From a virus (taxonomy: Duplodnaviria > Heunggongvirae > Uroviricota > Caudoviricetes), in IMG/VR virus record IMGVR_UViG_3300046820_001896: DNA of 64,000 nt; one strand, 5' to 3'. This document shows positions 42,105-52,523 of this stretch, piece after piece; the first letter of the stretch is position 1, and every line of letters starts with the position of its first letter. Under the pieces are notes generated by a model. That model was not told where the DNA came from. It ran no database searches and saw only the letters and a program-made list of their open reading frames with translations. The position numbers and the translations under genes are program-made.

Positions 42105-43028
42105 ATGGCTGACGTCACTAAAAGAATAAGTCCATCGAATCCAAAGTTTTATTCTTTGGATTCAATTTTACCTGAGCACTTAAAAGAAAATACAAAATTT
42201 ACACAATTTTTACAAGAGTATTTTAATTGGATGCAACTTGATGAGACTTCACCGGTCTCAGTCATCAATACACTTGATAAATTTCGTGATGCAGATTTAA
42301 TTAATGAAAATTTTCTAAAGTATTTAGAGCGTGAACTTGCAATTTCTATTCCTGGTAATTTACCAAATACTGACAAGCGAAAACTTTATAAACAAGTAAA
42401 CGACATCTATCGAGCTAAAGGTTCAATTCCTTCGTTCGAAGCATTGTTCAATTTGTTATACGGCGATGATATTGAACTATATTATCCTCGTATTGACCTG
42501 ATGAAGTTATCTGATGGTAATTGGAGCGAAGATGAAAATCGTTATTTGAATAAAGGTAGCTTTTTATCTGATTATAACTACATTCAAGACAGTTATTACT
42601 ATCAAGATTATTCATATGTTATTAAAACAAGAAAACCATATGAACAATGGCAAGCTGCAGTTAGAAAAATGCTACATCCTTCTGGATTTGCATTATTTGG
42701 TAGAGTAACTATTGTAAGTCAAGCCACTGTTAAAAGATTGAAGTCACCAAAACTTCAACCTGGAAGTAGATTTACAAGTTATGACAGAGTAATTCCAATC
42801 AGATTAGCTGTTGTAAAAGCAACTACTACTGTTGTTGAGATAGATTCATTCTTAGAAACGACATACTTTTCAGTTGGTGCAAAATTTGGGCCATCTTTCA
42901 GTTTATTAGACAAAATTAAGTTTATCATCGATCAACCAATCAATGCTTATATGCAATTTACATTGAAGGATGCTAGAGATGGTAATGGATTCAACGTATT
43001 ACCAGGTTCTGTAATAACGGTATCCTGA
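42105..43028 (+). CDS. baseplate wedge-associated protein (307 aa)
   Basis: Position between the gp6 and gp8 homologues. Confidence 0.5.
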   Translation: MADVTKRISPSNPKFYSLDSILPEHLKENTKFTQFLQEYFNWMQLDETSPVSVINTLDKFRDADLINENFLKYLERELAISIPGNLPNTDKRKLYKQVNDIYRAKGSIPSFEALFNLLYGDDIELYYPRIDLMKLSDGNWSEDENRYLNKGSFLSDYNYIQDSYYYQDYSYVIKTRKPYEQWQAAVRKMLHPSGFALFGRVTIVSQATVKRLKSPKLQPGSRFTSYDRVIPIRLAVVKATTTVVEIDSFLETTYFSVGAKFGPSFSLLDKIKFIIDQPINAYMQFTLKDARDGNGFNVLPGSVITVS

Positions 43029-43031
43029 GCA

Positions 43032-43039
43032 TATAAATA
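43032..43039 (+). promoter_or_regulatory. T4-type late promoter motif TATAAATA
   Basis: Exact TATAAATA 27 nt upstream of the ATG at 43066. Confidence 0.55.
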
Positions 43040-43065
43040 GTTAAAGTACATAATAAGGACATAAA

Positions 43066-44394
43066 ATGTCAGCAATCATCACTACAAAATTTCGTTATCA
43101 AACTGCCGTAAATCTCATCAACGCGATGGGTGGCAATGGTTCTCAAGCCGACGACAAATATTACTTATTCATTGGTCGCACAGAAGAATGGCAAGATGAC
43201 GATAATCCTCCATTACCTGAAGACAGCGTAAGTCAAGAAAATGACGCACGCTTTAATATGCTTTCGCTAAAGCTTATTACTGCACCTAAGATTAGTCACG
43301 TTATTCCACGTTACAACTGGACTTCTGGTCAAACATACACAGAATTTGATGATCAAGATGAAGCTTTAACTACTAAACGTTTCTATGTTTACACTGAAGA
43401 TGATTTAAGCGTTTATAAGTGTATTAAAGCTGGTGCTGGTGCATCAGTTGTCAAACCTAGTGGAACAGATTTAACTATTGGTAATGTATTGTCTGATGGA
43501 TATCAATGGAAATATATGTTCACGTTGACTGGTTCAGCGATTGGAACATTTACTACTTCTCAGTTTATCCCTGTTAAAACTCTTGCTACAGACGATCTAA
43601 CTTATCAATGGGATGTACAACAAGCAGCTATTCCTGGTGCTATTTGGAGAATCAAAGTTACTAATGGCGGTACAGGTTATCAATCAAAGCCAACTGTAAC
43701 AATTGAAGGTAACGGTACAGGTTGTGTTGTACAAGCTGATGACATCACGCTAACTGGTGGTGTTATTACACAAATTTTAGTAAAAGCTGCGAATGTTGGT
43801 CAAGATTATTCACAAGCAAAAGTTGTATTCACAGGCGGTGGTCCAACTTCAACAGCTTCAGCACGTGCAATCATTACACCTAATGGTGGTCATGGTTCAG
43901 ATCCTATCCAAGAACTTGGCGGATATTATGCTATGATTACATCTACTTTAGCTGGTGATGAAGGTACAGGAGACTTTATTATTGATAATGGTTTCCGTCA
44001 AATTGGCATCTTGCGCAATCCTATAGATACTGCTACAGATGAAATTGGCGAAGCTACTACTTACTTAGCATGTACAAAGTTAGAATACTCTAATTTAGTT
44101 GGTGGTACATTTGCAGTAGGTGATACTGTGATTGGTGCAACATCTGGAGCAGAAGCAATTATTGATTCAGTTGGTACTGGATTTATTTTAGTACACCAGA
44201 ATATTGGTACAGGATTTACTGCATTTACTGCAACAGAATCTATTGAAGTTGGTTCAGTAAGCGCAACGTTAGACACAATTACAGAACCAGAAATCGATTT
44301 AAATAGCGGTGAAGTATTGTATATTGAAAACATTTCTCCTGTTACTCGTAACGAAAACCAAACAGAAGATATTAAATTAGTTTTAGAGCTATAA
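43066..44394 (+). CDS. gp8: T4 gp8-like baseplate wedge protein
   Basis: IITTKFRYQ...YYLFIGRTEEWQDDDNPPLPEDSV...MLSLKLI...VIPRYNW...GYQWKYMF...FRQIGILRNP...GEVLYIEN parallels T4 gp8 blocks (IVTSKFR, FITFGRSEPW, PPYPTDSV, VIPRRDW, GYVWEYLF, FRQISIITNP, GEMIYMEN). Confidence 0.8.
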   Translation: MSAIITTKFRYQTAVNLINAMGGNGSQADDKYYLFIGRTEEWQDDDNPPLPEDSVSQENDARFNMLSLKLITAPKISHVIPRYNWTSGQTYTEFDDQDEALTTKRFYVYTEDDLSVYKCIKAGAGASVVKPSGTDLTIGNVLSDGYQWKYMFTLTGSAIGTFTTSQFIPVKTLATDDLTYQWDVQQAAIPGAIWRIKVTNGGTGYQSKPTVTIEGNGTGCVVQADDITLTGGVITQILVKAANVGQDYSQAKVVFTGGGPTSTASARAIITPNGGHGSDPIQELGGYYAMITSTLAGDEGTGDFIIDNGFRQIGILRNPIDTATDEIGEATTYLACTKLEYSNLVGGTFAVGDTVIGATSGAEAIIDSVGTGFILVHQNIGTGFTAFTATESIEVGSVSATLDTITEPEIDLNSGEVLYIENISPVTRNENQTEDIKLVLEL

Positions 44395-44409
44395 CACAAA
44401 GGCAAAAAC

Positions 44410-47400
44410 ATGTCACTGAAGATTTTTTCACAAGCTCCTTACAACGATGACTACGATGAAACGAAGAAATATCTTCGTATGTTGTTTCGTCCAGGAGTTT
44501 CATTACAGGTACGAGAGTTAAATCAGCTACAAACTTATCTGCAAACTCAAATTCAGCGTTTAGGTTTACATTTATTTAAAGAAGGCTCAATGGTCATTCC
44601 AGGTCAAACTGCGATTGACACAAAAATTGTATATTTAAAAATTCAACCTGAAACAAACGGCGTTGAAATTAGTACTATTCTTGCAGATTTGGTTGGTAAG
44701 ACTATTACCGGTGCTAGCGGTGTACAAGCTCAGGTTCTTACATACGCTGCAGAAGAAGATACAGATCCTATTACATTATTCGTGCGTTATGTTGCATCTT
44801 CTGATGATGAAGAAACAAAAACATTTTCTGCCGAAGAATTATTAACTACTACTATCGATAGTGAAGAATACACATTACAAATTCTTCCATCGACTGATAC
44901 TCCAGTTGGTTTTGGTTCTATTGCATCTATCGAAGCTGGTGTTTATTTTATTAAGAGTCAATTTGTACAAGTTGATTCTGCTACAATCATTCTTTCTAAA
45001 TATAGCAATACACCGACATATCGAGTTGGTTTATTGGCAACAGAAAACATTGTAACATCTAATTCTGATGCTTCACTAAATGACAACGCCAATGGTTCTC
45101 CAAATGAGAATGCTCCTGGTGCTCATCGTTACCAATTATTATTAACATTTGCAAAATTAGCAGTTGATTCAGAATTAGACGAAAACTTTATTGAATTACT
45201 TCGTATTGAAAATGGTGAACTAAAGAGTAAAGTAGAAACATCTACATATTCTGAACTTGCTAAAACATTAGCACGTCGTACATTTGACGAATCTGGTAAC
45301 TATACAGTTCGTCCATTCAAATTAGCAATTCGCGAACATCGTAATAACGATCGCGGGCAATGGCAAGCATTTACTGAATATCGTTTAGGTGACATTGTAA
45401 AGAGCGGTGATAATTATTTCACAGCTATGGAAACTGCTACGTCTGGTAGTATCGAACCAGCTACTACTTTCTCTGAAACAAATCCATATCAAATCTATTC
45501 AGATAATAACATGGATTGGAACTATACTCCACGACCATCGTTTAATCGTGGTTACAAAACACCAGAAAACGGTGGTTCAGAATCTTCATTTGCAGTTGCT
45601 ATTGAACCTGGTAAAGGTTATGTACAAGGTTATGAAATCGAGAAGATTGCTACTGAATTCTTAGAAGTTCCTAAGTCAAGAGAATTTGCACGCATTGATA
45701 GTGATTCAATCGATATCAAGTACGGAAACTATGTTTATGTTTCTAACGTACGTGGTGTACCTGATTGCACAACATATCCAACAATCACTTTATACGATCA
45801 ATTAACTCCATCAACAAATTCTCAAGCTTCTGGTGCAGGTAATGCGATTGGTACCGCTCGTCTTCGTGCATTCGAATATGATTCAGGTACTCCTGGTGCA
45901 TCTGCAGTTTATAAAGCATATTTGTTCGACCTTCAAATGGAAGCTGGTTATACATTTGAACGTGATGTTAAACAATTCTTTTATGATTCAGGAACAACAT
46001 TAAGCAACTTCGTTGCAGATGTTTCACAAATTTATACTACATTAAGCGGTACAGTTAGCGGATCATCTACAACTGTTACAGGCGTTGGTACAAAGTTTAC
46101 AACTGAATTAAAAGTTGGAGATTATATTCGTGTTGAAGATTCTGCTGGAGCATTAGAAGTTCGCAGAGTTACTTCAATCACAAATAACACAACACTTGCT
46201 ATTGCTTCTGCTTTTAGCGGTACAGTTACTGGTAAAACATTTCAACGTGTGATGACACAAGTGCAAGATCCAAGTTTCACTGGATTGATTTTCCCTCTTG
46301 CACAATCATTTATTCGCAAAGTTCGTGGTGGTGAAAATGATGCTACATTTGCAACATCATACACAACTACACAAAAATTCACAGGTTCTACTTCATCAGG
46401 TCAATCAACACTGACAATTTCAGTTGGTGCTGCATCTGGTGCAACAACTCTTGGTACAGAATTTAATCCTTCAGCAAATAAAAATGAATTCGTTGTAATT
46501 AATAGATCAACTGGACGTCCAGTTAATCCAACTGCAATTAATTTATTAAATAATGGCGCGGATGCACAAATTACTGGTTTAAGTCAATCTTCTTCATATA
46601 CTGTATTTGCTCCAGTTCGTAAAGCTGGCACAATTGCACAAGAAAAGAAGAAAACACTTGTAAGCAATGCAGTAAAAGACTTCACTTCTATTGGTGCAGT
46701 TCAACCATTAACATTGTCTCTTGGTAAAGCTGACGGCTATCGCATTGTTGCTATTCGCATGAAGAATAGCGGATTCACTGCATCATCTAATCCAACTGAA
46801 ACTACTGATATTACTGATTGGTACACATTTGATAATGGTCAACGTGAAACACACTATGATGTAGCTACAATCACACGTAAACCTGGATATCCAGTTCCAA
46901 AGGGTGCTGTTCGTGTAATTTTTGATTATTTCGATCACACAGCTGGTACTGCCGGTGACTACTTTACAGTAGACTCATATTCAGATATTCCATTTGAAAA
47001 TATTCCATACTTCACGCCTGCTGGTGGCATGATTGCTCTTGCTGATGTTATGGATTTCCGTCCACGTATTAATGATGTTGGTACAGGTTATAGTAGCACA
47101 GGTGCTTCTCCATCAGAGTTGCCAAAACTTGGATTTGAAACAATTGCAAGTTACTCACACTATCTTGCACGTCGCGATAAATTAGCATTAGATATCGAAG
47201 GCAGATTCTTTACAATTTCTGGTGTAGCAAGTACTGCTCCGCAAGAACCAAAAGATCCAGCTCTTGGAATGATGTTAGCTAAGTTAAATGTTTCTCCATA
47301 CACAGCTTTCCCAAGCGATGGTTCTGTTACAATTGAAACTATCGATACTAAACGTTACACAATGCGTGATATCGGTAAGTTAGATAAGCGTATCGAAAAC

Positions 47401-50400
47401 TTAGAATACTACACAGCGCTTTCATTGTTAGAAAACGAAACAAAATCTCTTGCAATTAAAGACGATGTTGGCTTAGAACGTTTCAAAAATGGTTTCATTG
47501 TCGATAATTTCAAAGGTCAAGACTTAGGTGACGTAGCTTCTATTGACTATCGTTGCTCTATCGATATGACTGCACAAGAATTACGTCCATTTTACACAAT
47601 GGATAACGTAAACCTTGTTGAAGAAAACCAGATTAATGCTGATAGAACTTCTGACGGTTACCAATTGACAGGCGATATCATCACATTGCCATATACACAC
47701 TTTAAGTTTATCACTCAACCATTTGCGTCACGCACTGAGAACGTTAACCCATTTGCGGTGTTTACATTCTTAGGTCAAATGTCATTGAATCCACCATCTG
47801 ATGATTGGTTTGAAACAGATCGTCGTCCAGATATTATTACAAACGTAGAAGGTAACTTCTCTGCTGTACAAACACAACTTGAAAAACAAGGTGTTCTTGG
47901 CACAGTGTGGAATGCATGGCAAACAACATGGACAGGTCAAACACGTAATATTGATCGCTTAGTTGTTTCACGTGGCTTCGATAGTACAAACTATGGTCTT
48001 GGCGCTGGTCGTTGGATGGATCGTCGTACATTTACTGCTGCTGAACTTCGTGCTATTGGTGGTGATGCTCCATCATTTGGTAATGGTGCTGCTGGTGCTC
48101 GTGTATTGACATTCCAAACACAAGCTACAACAATTGGACAATCACGTTCAGGTATCACAACATCTGTTGTTCCTAAGGTAGACTATGAAGTTGTTGGAGA
48201 TAAAGTTCTTCAAACTTCTGTTATTCCTTACATTCGTGCACGTGAATTATTATTTGTTTGCCGTGGTTTAAAACCTAACACTAAATTAAATCCATTCTTT
48301 GATGATGCATCTATTCAAGCATATGTAACTCCTGCTACTCGTCTTCCAATTACTCAAAATGGTTCATTAGAATTCGATACAGAAACTAATGCTGGTGCGG
48401 CAGCAAATGACATTGGTCGTCAAGTTGGTGGTAAACCAGAAGTATCATTCAACAAGGGTGATGTTGTGTATGTTAAAACGCGTGGTGGTACAACATACAA
48501 CTCACAAGTAACATCGCCAGCTCGTGGTGTTGCAGTGTTGAAAGAAAAAACTACTGACACTGGTGCAGAAGCTGTTTATGTTCTAAACGTAACTGGTACT
48601 TTCCAAGGTGGAGACGTTATCAAAGGTTCTCTATCAGGTGCTGAATATATTATTCAAGGATCTGGTTCAATTGCTACTGCAACTCAAGGTTCAAACTTAG
48701 TAACTAACTTTAACGGTAACTTAGCTGGTGTATTCTCAATTCCAAATACAGATAGCATGCGCTTCCGTACAGGTGTTCGTGAATTTAAGTTAAGCGATAG
48801 CGTAACTGGTGGTAACGATTTTACAACACAAGGTCGTGGCACATATCGTGCTCAAGGTACATTAGAAACTAAACAGCGTTCTGTTAATGCTGTGCGTAAC
48901 TCTGAAATTGTTACACGTCCTGCATCAGAAACACGTACACAAGAGATCTTCTCTCCTGAACGTATCGTACGTGATACTGGTTGGTATGACCCTCTTGCCC
49001 AAACTATTATGATTGGTTCTAAGGGCGGTGCATTCTTAACTAAAGTTGATATCTTCTTCTCTACTAAAGATGCAAACATTCCAGTTAACTTACAAATTCG
49101 TGAATCTGTAAACGGTTACCCAGGTCCAGGTATTCTACCTTTCTCTAAGGTTACATTAAACCCAGATCAAATCATAACATCTAATGATGCATCTTTAGCA
49201 ACTACATTTACATTTGAATCTCCAGTTTATGTTCAAGACGAGACTGAATACTGTATCGTTCTTCTATCTGATTCAAACAACTATCGTGTTTGGATTTCAC
49301 AACTTGGTGAAAAAAATATTGGTACAGATCGTTTCATCTCTGAACAACCATACGCAGGTGTATTGTTTAAATCACAAAACGCTTCTACATGGACTGCTAA
49401 CCAAGAACAAGATTTGAAGTTCACAGTATATCGTGCTGAGTTTAATACAAACACAGAAGGCGTGGCTACATTCACTAATGATATCCTTCCTCCTGCTGTA
49501 TTAGATGGAAATCCATTTAAGACAACACTAGATTCGTCTAAGGTTCGTGTATCACATCGTAATCACGGCATGCCAGCAGGTTCAACAGTAATCATTTCTA
49601 ACGTTGCAGATGGAGACTATAACGGTATCGTTACAACATCTACTTCTGGTCTAAACGGTGAATTCATTATTAGCAACCCAGAACCAGATTCATATGTTAT
49701 CGATACTGGTACTGATGCTGATGCAACTGGTTTTGTTGGTGGTACAGATGTGGTTGTTTCTGAGAACGTTCCAATGGATGCTGCTCAGTTAATTACTCAA
49801 TCACAAACATTCTCTGACACAACATTATCATATGAAATGTTGACAACAGATTTATCATATAATCTTGCGACTGAAGCAACTAGCGTAATTCCAAATGAAA
49901 CAGTATACTTTGGCACATCTCAACAAGTTGCTTCTGCTATTAACGAAGAAACTGCTACTCCATTAAATGGTTCAAAGTCATTGAAAGTTATTGCAAGATT
50001 GAATACAGATAATTCTGCATTATCTCCAATCATTGATACTTCACGCTTATCAGTTGCAACAATCAAAAACCGTGTTGATAATTTCACATACGCTACTAAG
50101 AACGTTGCAGGTTTAGATGATATCATCGTAGCAGATGCAATTTCTGGTTTCACTTTCGATTCTGGAAGCCCTGGTACAATCTTTGTTCCAAGTACAGCAA
50201 GATCTGCGGTGCGTTCTATCACAGTTGGAAAATATGTTTCTGTAAGTGGTACAACAAGCAATAACACAACAATTCCTGTGTTAGTCACAGCAGTTGCAGC
50301 AAATGGTTCATCAATCACGACTAATTATGCTGGATTTACAACAGAATCTCCAGCAAATACTACTATCACATTGAAAGATAATTTCATCGATGAAAGTGTA

Positions 50401-50766
50401 CCAATTGGTGGTTCTGCGACATCTAAGTACTTAACTCGTTTAATTAACTTAGAACAACCTTCAACGTTCTTGAAAGTTATGTTCGCAGCAAACATTCCTG
50501 CGGTCACTGATTCAGACATTGAAGTTTGGTACAAGTTAATCCCAACTGGTACAAACGGTGATATCTCTCAACATTCATTTGTGCGTGCTACAACTCCTCT
50601 TAAGAACGTTAAGAGAACATCTAACCCAGACGAGTTCGTAGATGTACAATACGATTTGACAGATCTTCCAGCATTTGATGGTGTTGTTGTTAAGTTAGTA
50701 TTTAAGTCTGGCAATAGTGCTCAACCTCCACGCGTTAAAGAGTTGAGAGTAATTGCTTGTGCATAA
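44410..50766 (+). CDS. giant virion structural protein (2118 aa; DUF4815-like N-terminus, probable baseplate/fibre component)
   Basis: Single uninterrupted ORF. The N-terminal YDETKKYLRMLFRPGVSLQVRELNQLQ resembles the conserved start of large marine-myovirus structural proteins (from memory). Confidence 0.8.
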   Translation: MSLKIFSQAPYNDDYDETKKYLRMLFRPGVSLQVRELNQLQTYLQTQIQRLGLHLFKEGSMVIPGQTAIDTKIVYLKIQPETNGVEISTILADLVGKTITGASGVQAQVLTYAAEEDTDPITLFVRYVASSDDEETKTFSAEELLTTTIDSEEYTLQILPSTDTPVGFGSIASIEAGVYFIKSQFVQVDSATIILSKYSNTPTYRVGLLATENIVTSNSDASLNDNANGSPNENAPGAHRYQLLLTFAKLAVDSELDENFIELLRIENGELKSKVETSTYSELAKTLARRTFDESGNYTVRPFKLAIREHRNNDRGQWQAFTEYRLGDIVKSGDNYFTAMETATSGSIEPATTFSETNPYQIYSDNNMDWNYTPRPSFNRGYKTPENGGSESSFAVAIEPGKGYVQGYEIEKIATEFLEVPKSREFARIDSDSIDIKYGNYVYVSNVRGVPDCTTYPTITLYDQLTPSTNSQASGAGNAIGTARLRAFEYDSGTPGASAVYKAYLFDLQMEAGYTFERDVKQFFYDSGTTLSNFVADVSQIYTTLSGTVSGSSTTVTGVGTKFTTELKVGDYIRVEDSAGALEVRRVTSITNNTTLAIASAFSGTVTGKTFQRVMTQVQDPSFTGLIFPLAQSFIRKVRGGENDATFATSYTTTQKFTGSTSSGQSTLTISVGAASGATTLGTEFNPSANKNEFVVINRSTGRPVNPTAINLLNNGADAQITGLSQSSSYTVFAPVRKAGTIAQEKKKTLVSNAVKDFTSIGAVQPLTLSLGKADGYRIVAIRMKNSGFTASSNPTETTDITDWYTFDNGQRETHYDVATITRKPGYPVPKGAVRVIFDYFDHTAGTAGDYFTVDSYSDIPFENIPYFTPAGGMIALADVMDFRPRINDVGTGYSSTGASPSELPKLGFETIASYSHYLARRDKLALDIEGRFFTISGVASTAPQEPKDPALGMMLAKLNVSPYTAFPSDGSVTIETIDTKRYTMRDIGKLDKRIENLEYYTALSLLENETKSLAIKDDVGLERFKNGFIVDNFKGQDLGDVASIDYRCSIDMTAQELRPFYTMDNVNLVEENQINADRTSDGYQLTGDIITLPYTHFKFITQPFASRTENVNPFAVFTFLGQMSLNPPSDDWFETDRRPDIITNVEGNFSAVQTQLEKQGVLGTVWNAWQTTWTGQTRNIDRLVVSRGFDSTNYGLGAGRWMDRRTFTAAELRAIGGDAPSFGNGAAGARVLTFQTQATTIGQSRSGITTSVVPKVDYEVVGDKVLQTSVIPYIRARELLFVCRGLKPNTKLNPFFDDASIQAYVTPATRLPITQNGSLEFDTETNAGAAANDIGRQVGGKPEVSFNKGDVVYVKTRGGTTYNSQVTSPARGVAVLKEKTTDTGAEAVYVLNVTGTFQGGDVIKGSLSGAEYIIQGSGSIATATQGSNLVTNFNGNLAGVFSIPNTDSMRFRTGVREFKLSDSVTGGNDFTTQGRGTYRAQGTLETKQRSVNAVRNSEIVTRPASETRTQEIFSPERIVRDTGWYDPLAQTIMIGSKGGAFLTKVDIFFSTKDANIPVNLQIRESVNGYPGPGILPFSKVTLNPDQIITSNDASLATTFTFESPVYVQDETEYCIVLLSDSNNYRVWISQLGEKNIGTDRFISEQPYAGVLFKSQNASTWTANQEQDLKFTVYRAEFNTNTEGVATFTNDILPPAVLDGNPFKTTLDSSKVRVSHRNHGMPAGSTVIISNVADGDYNGIVTTSTSGLNGEFIISNPEPDSYVIDTGTDADATGFVGGTDVVVSENVPMDAAQLITQSQTFSDTTLSYEMLTTDLSYNLATEATSVIPNETVYFGTSQQVASAINEETATPLNGSKSLKVIARLNTDNSALSPIIDTSRLSVATIKNRVDNFTYATKNVAGLDDIIVADAISGFTFDSGSPGTIFVPSTARSAVRSITVGKYVSVSGTTSNNTTIPVLVTAVAANGSSITTNYAGFTTESPANTTITLKDNFIDESVPIGGSATSKYLTRLINLEQPSTFLKVMFAANIPAVTDSDIEVWYKLIPTGTNGDISQHSFVRATTPLKNVKRTSNPDEFVDVQYDLTDLPAFDGVVVKLVFKSGNSAQPPRVKELRVIACA

Positions 50767-50992
50767 AGCTGTTAAAGTTGAAAATGAAGTAGGTCTCTAC
50801 CGAGACCTATCTTCTGGTGCTATTGTAAATACAGACGATAGCGGTAGAAATGCATATTTAAAACAGCGCAAAGCATTGCTTAAAGCTAGAGAAGAAACTG
50901 AACAAAACACTAGGGACATTCAAGAGCTTAAAGGGGAAGTTCAAGACATTAAGCAGATGCTAAGTCAGATTTTAGCACATGTCCAAAAATAA
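50753..50992 (+). CDS. small coiled-coil protein (about 79 aa, non-ATG start)
   Basis: Only TTG (50753) or GTG (50759) starts are available. Fills the gap before the fibre gene. Confidence 0.4.
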   Translation: MLVHKAVKVENEVGLYRDLSSGAIVNTDDSGRNAYLKQRKALLKAREETEQNTRDIQELKGEVQDIKQMLSQILAHVQK

Positions 50993-51003
50993 GAGAGAAG
51001 TAA

Positions 51004-52095
51004 ATGTCTGTCATAAACGTAAGTTTAGAAGATACATTCGAACAATGGAGAATTAAGACTAATCAGCTTGGTTCTACCATTGGTGATGCAGCTTCTCTTC
51101 AAACAACTTCAACAAATTTAGTTGCAGCAATCAATGAAGTTCGCAGTAATGCGGTCGTTGATGGTATCGTCACGACTTATGGCAATATATTTCAAATTAA
51201 TATTGATGAAGGCGATTCAGCTGAATTAATATTAGATTTGGACGGTAACTTAACATTAGCTGGTGATTTAATTGCTGACGTTACAGGTAACCTAAATGGT
51301 AATGCTAATACAGCAACGAAACTTCGTAATGGTCGTATTATCTCTATTACTGGTGATGCGACATGGGATGTAGTATTTGATGGATCTGCTAATGCAACCG
51401 GTCAATTGCAAATCAATCCAACAGGTGTTGTACCAGGAACATTTACTAAAGTTACTGTTGATGGAGATGGTAGAATATATGAAGGTTTTGATTTAGAAGA
51501 TACTGATGTTATTGCTGCTCTTGGATATACACCAGTAAGTGAAGATGCAGGTTATGATAATCCAAGTTGGCTGACTTCTATTAATGGTAATAAAATTAAT
51601 AGTGCAAGCAATATTACAATTGCTAACTTAACTGTTGGAAGTAGAGTATATCTTGGAAACGGTTCTGCAACTGCTCCAAGTATCGGGTTTTCTTCTGATG
51701 CTGCTCAAGATACTGGAATTTATTGGGGTGGAGATGGTTACACTTTCTTCACCAACAATGGTGTAAAAAGCGGTGAGATTCAACCTGGCGGAAACTTAGT
51801 GATGGTTGGTAACGTTGGTGGTTATTCAGATATTCGTCTTAAAAGGGATATTGAAACTATCAAAGGCGCTCTTGATATTGTTAATCAGTTAAGAGGCATC
51901 TATTATACGTCTATAGATACTAATGAACGTAGCGTTGGTGTTGTAGCTCAAGAAGTACAAAACAAAATTCCAGAATTAATTAGAGTTGGTGAAAATGGAA
52001 TGCTTTCAGTTTCATATGGAAACATGGGAGGTCTTCTTTTACAAGCTATCAATGAATTGACAGAGAGAGTAAAAGCTATCGAAGCTAAATTATGA
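51004..52095 (+). CDS. tail fibre/spike protein with C-terminal S74-type intramolecular chaperone domain
   Basis: C-terminal YSDIRLKRDIETIKGALDIVNQLRGIYYT...VGVVAQEVQNKIPELI...LSVSYGNMGGLLLQAINEL is the auto-cleaving chaperone module of endosialidase-type fibres. Confidence 0.8.
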   Translation: MSVINVSLEDTFEQWRIKTNQLGSTIGDAASLQTTSTNLVAAINEVRSNAVVDGIVTTYGNIFQINIDEGDSAELILDLDGNLTLAGDLIADVTGNLNGNANTATKLRNGRIISITGDATWDVVFDGSANATGQLQINPTGVVPGTFTKVTVDGDGRIYEGFDLEDTDVIAALGYTPVSEDAGYDNPSWLTSINGNKINSASNITIANLTVGSRVYLGNGSATAPSIGFSSDAAQDTGIYWGGDGYTFFTNNGVKSGEIQPGGNLVMVGNVGGYSDIRLKRDIETIKGALDIVNQLRGIYYTSIDTNERSVGVVAQEVQNKIPELIRVGENGMLSVSYGNMGGLLLQAINELTERVKAIEAKL

Positions 52096-52502
52096 CTTTA
52101 CAAACAACAGGATTAATCACTCTTAGAGATATAGCAAATGAGGCTGGGCAACCAACCTCATTTTCGCCTTCCCTATCGTGGGTTAAATCAATCGTAAAAC
52201 CCGCAAATAGACTTCCAACTAATGAGATTGACGATGTCTATGGATTTGCATATTTCCAAAAAAATTCTGAAGGCAACTGTGCTAACGGAAATTGTACAGC
52301 AAATTGTAATTGTGGAAATATTCAATGTACTAACTGCGCTATTACTGGAACAGTAAATTGTACAAACTGCGATACACAAGCTTGGTTACAACCAAATTGT
52401 AATTGTGCTTGCACATATAATTGTAACCAAACACAAATTAGCTATAACTGTGCGTGTGCTTGTGCATGCGCTTGTGCTTGTGCTGATGGTGGCGGTGGAT
52501 AA
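52092..52502 (+). CDS. Cys/Asn-rich protein (136 aa), putative substrate of the adjacent radical SAM enzyme
   Basis: ATGA-coupled to the fibre gene. Residues 1-62 have no Cys; residues 63-130 have 18 Cys, 11 of them as Asn-Cys. Ends NCACACACACACADGGGG. Confidence 0.75.
   Translation: MTLQTTGLITLRDIANEAGQPTSFSPSLSWVKSIVKPANRLPTNEIDDVYGFAYFQKNSEGNCANGNCTANCNCGNIQCTNCAITGTVNCTNCDTQAWLQPNCNCACTYNCNQTQISYNCACACACACACADGGGG
52449..52484 (+). repeat. (TGY-GCN)6 hexanucleotide coding repeat = (Cys-Ala)6
   Basis: tgt gcg tgt gct tgt gca tgc gct tgt gct tgt gct, read directly. Confidence 0.95.
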
Positions 52503-52523
52503 ATAGTTATTTGAGGCGATATT

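Noticed and set aside
44663-45664. Small plus-strand ORFs (44663, 44861, 45407, 49214) inside the 2118-aa gene
   Set aside because: They are out-of-frame ORFs within a continuous 6.4-kb reading frame, Leu/Lys-rich as expected from AT-rich off-frames.
52449-52484. Short tandem repeats as a possible CRISPR array or microsatellite (also 11057..11584 and 58619..58672)
   Set aside because: All are in-frame coding repeats ((Cys-Ala)6, 22-aa units, poly-Gly) with no repeat-spacer architecture. No CRISPR array is present in the window.
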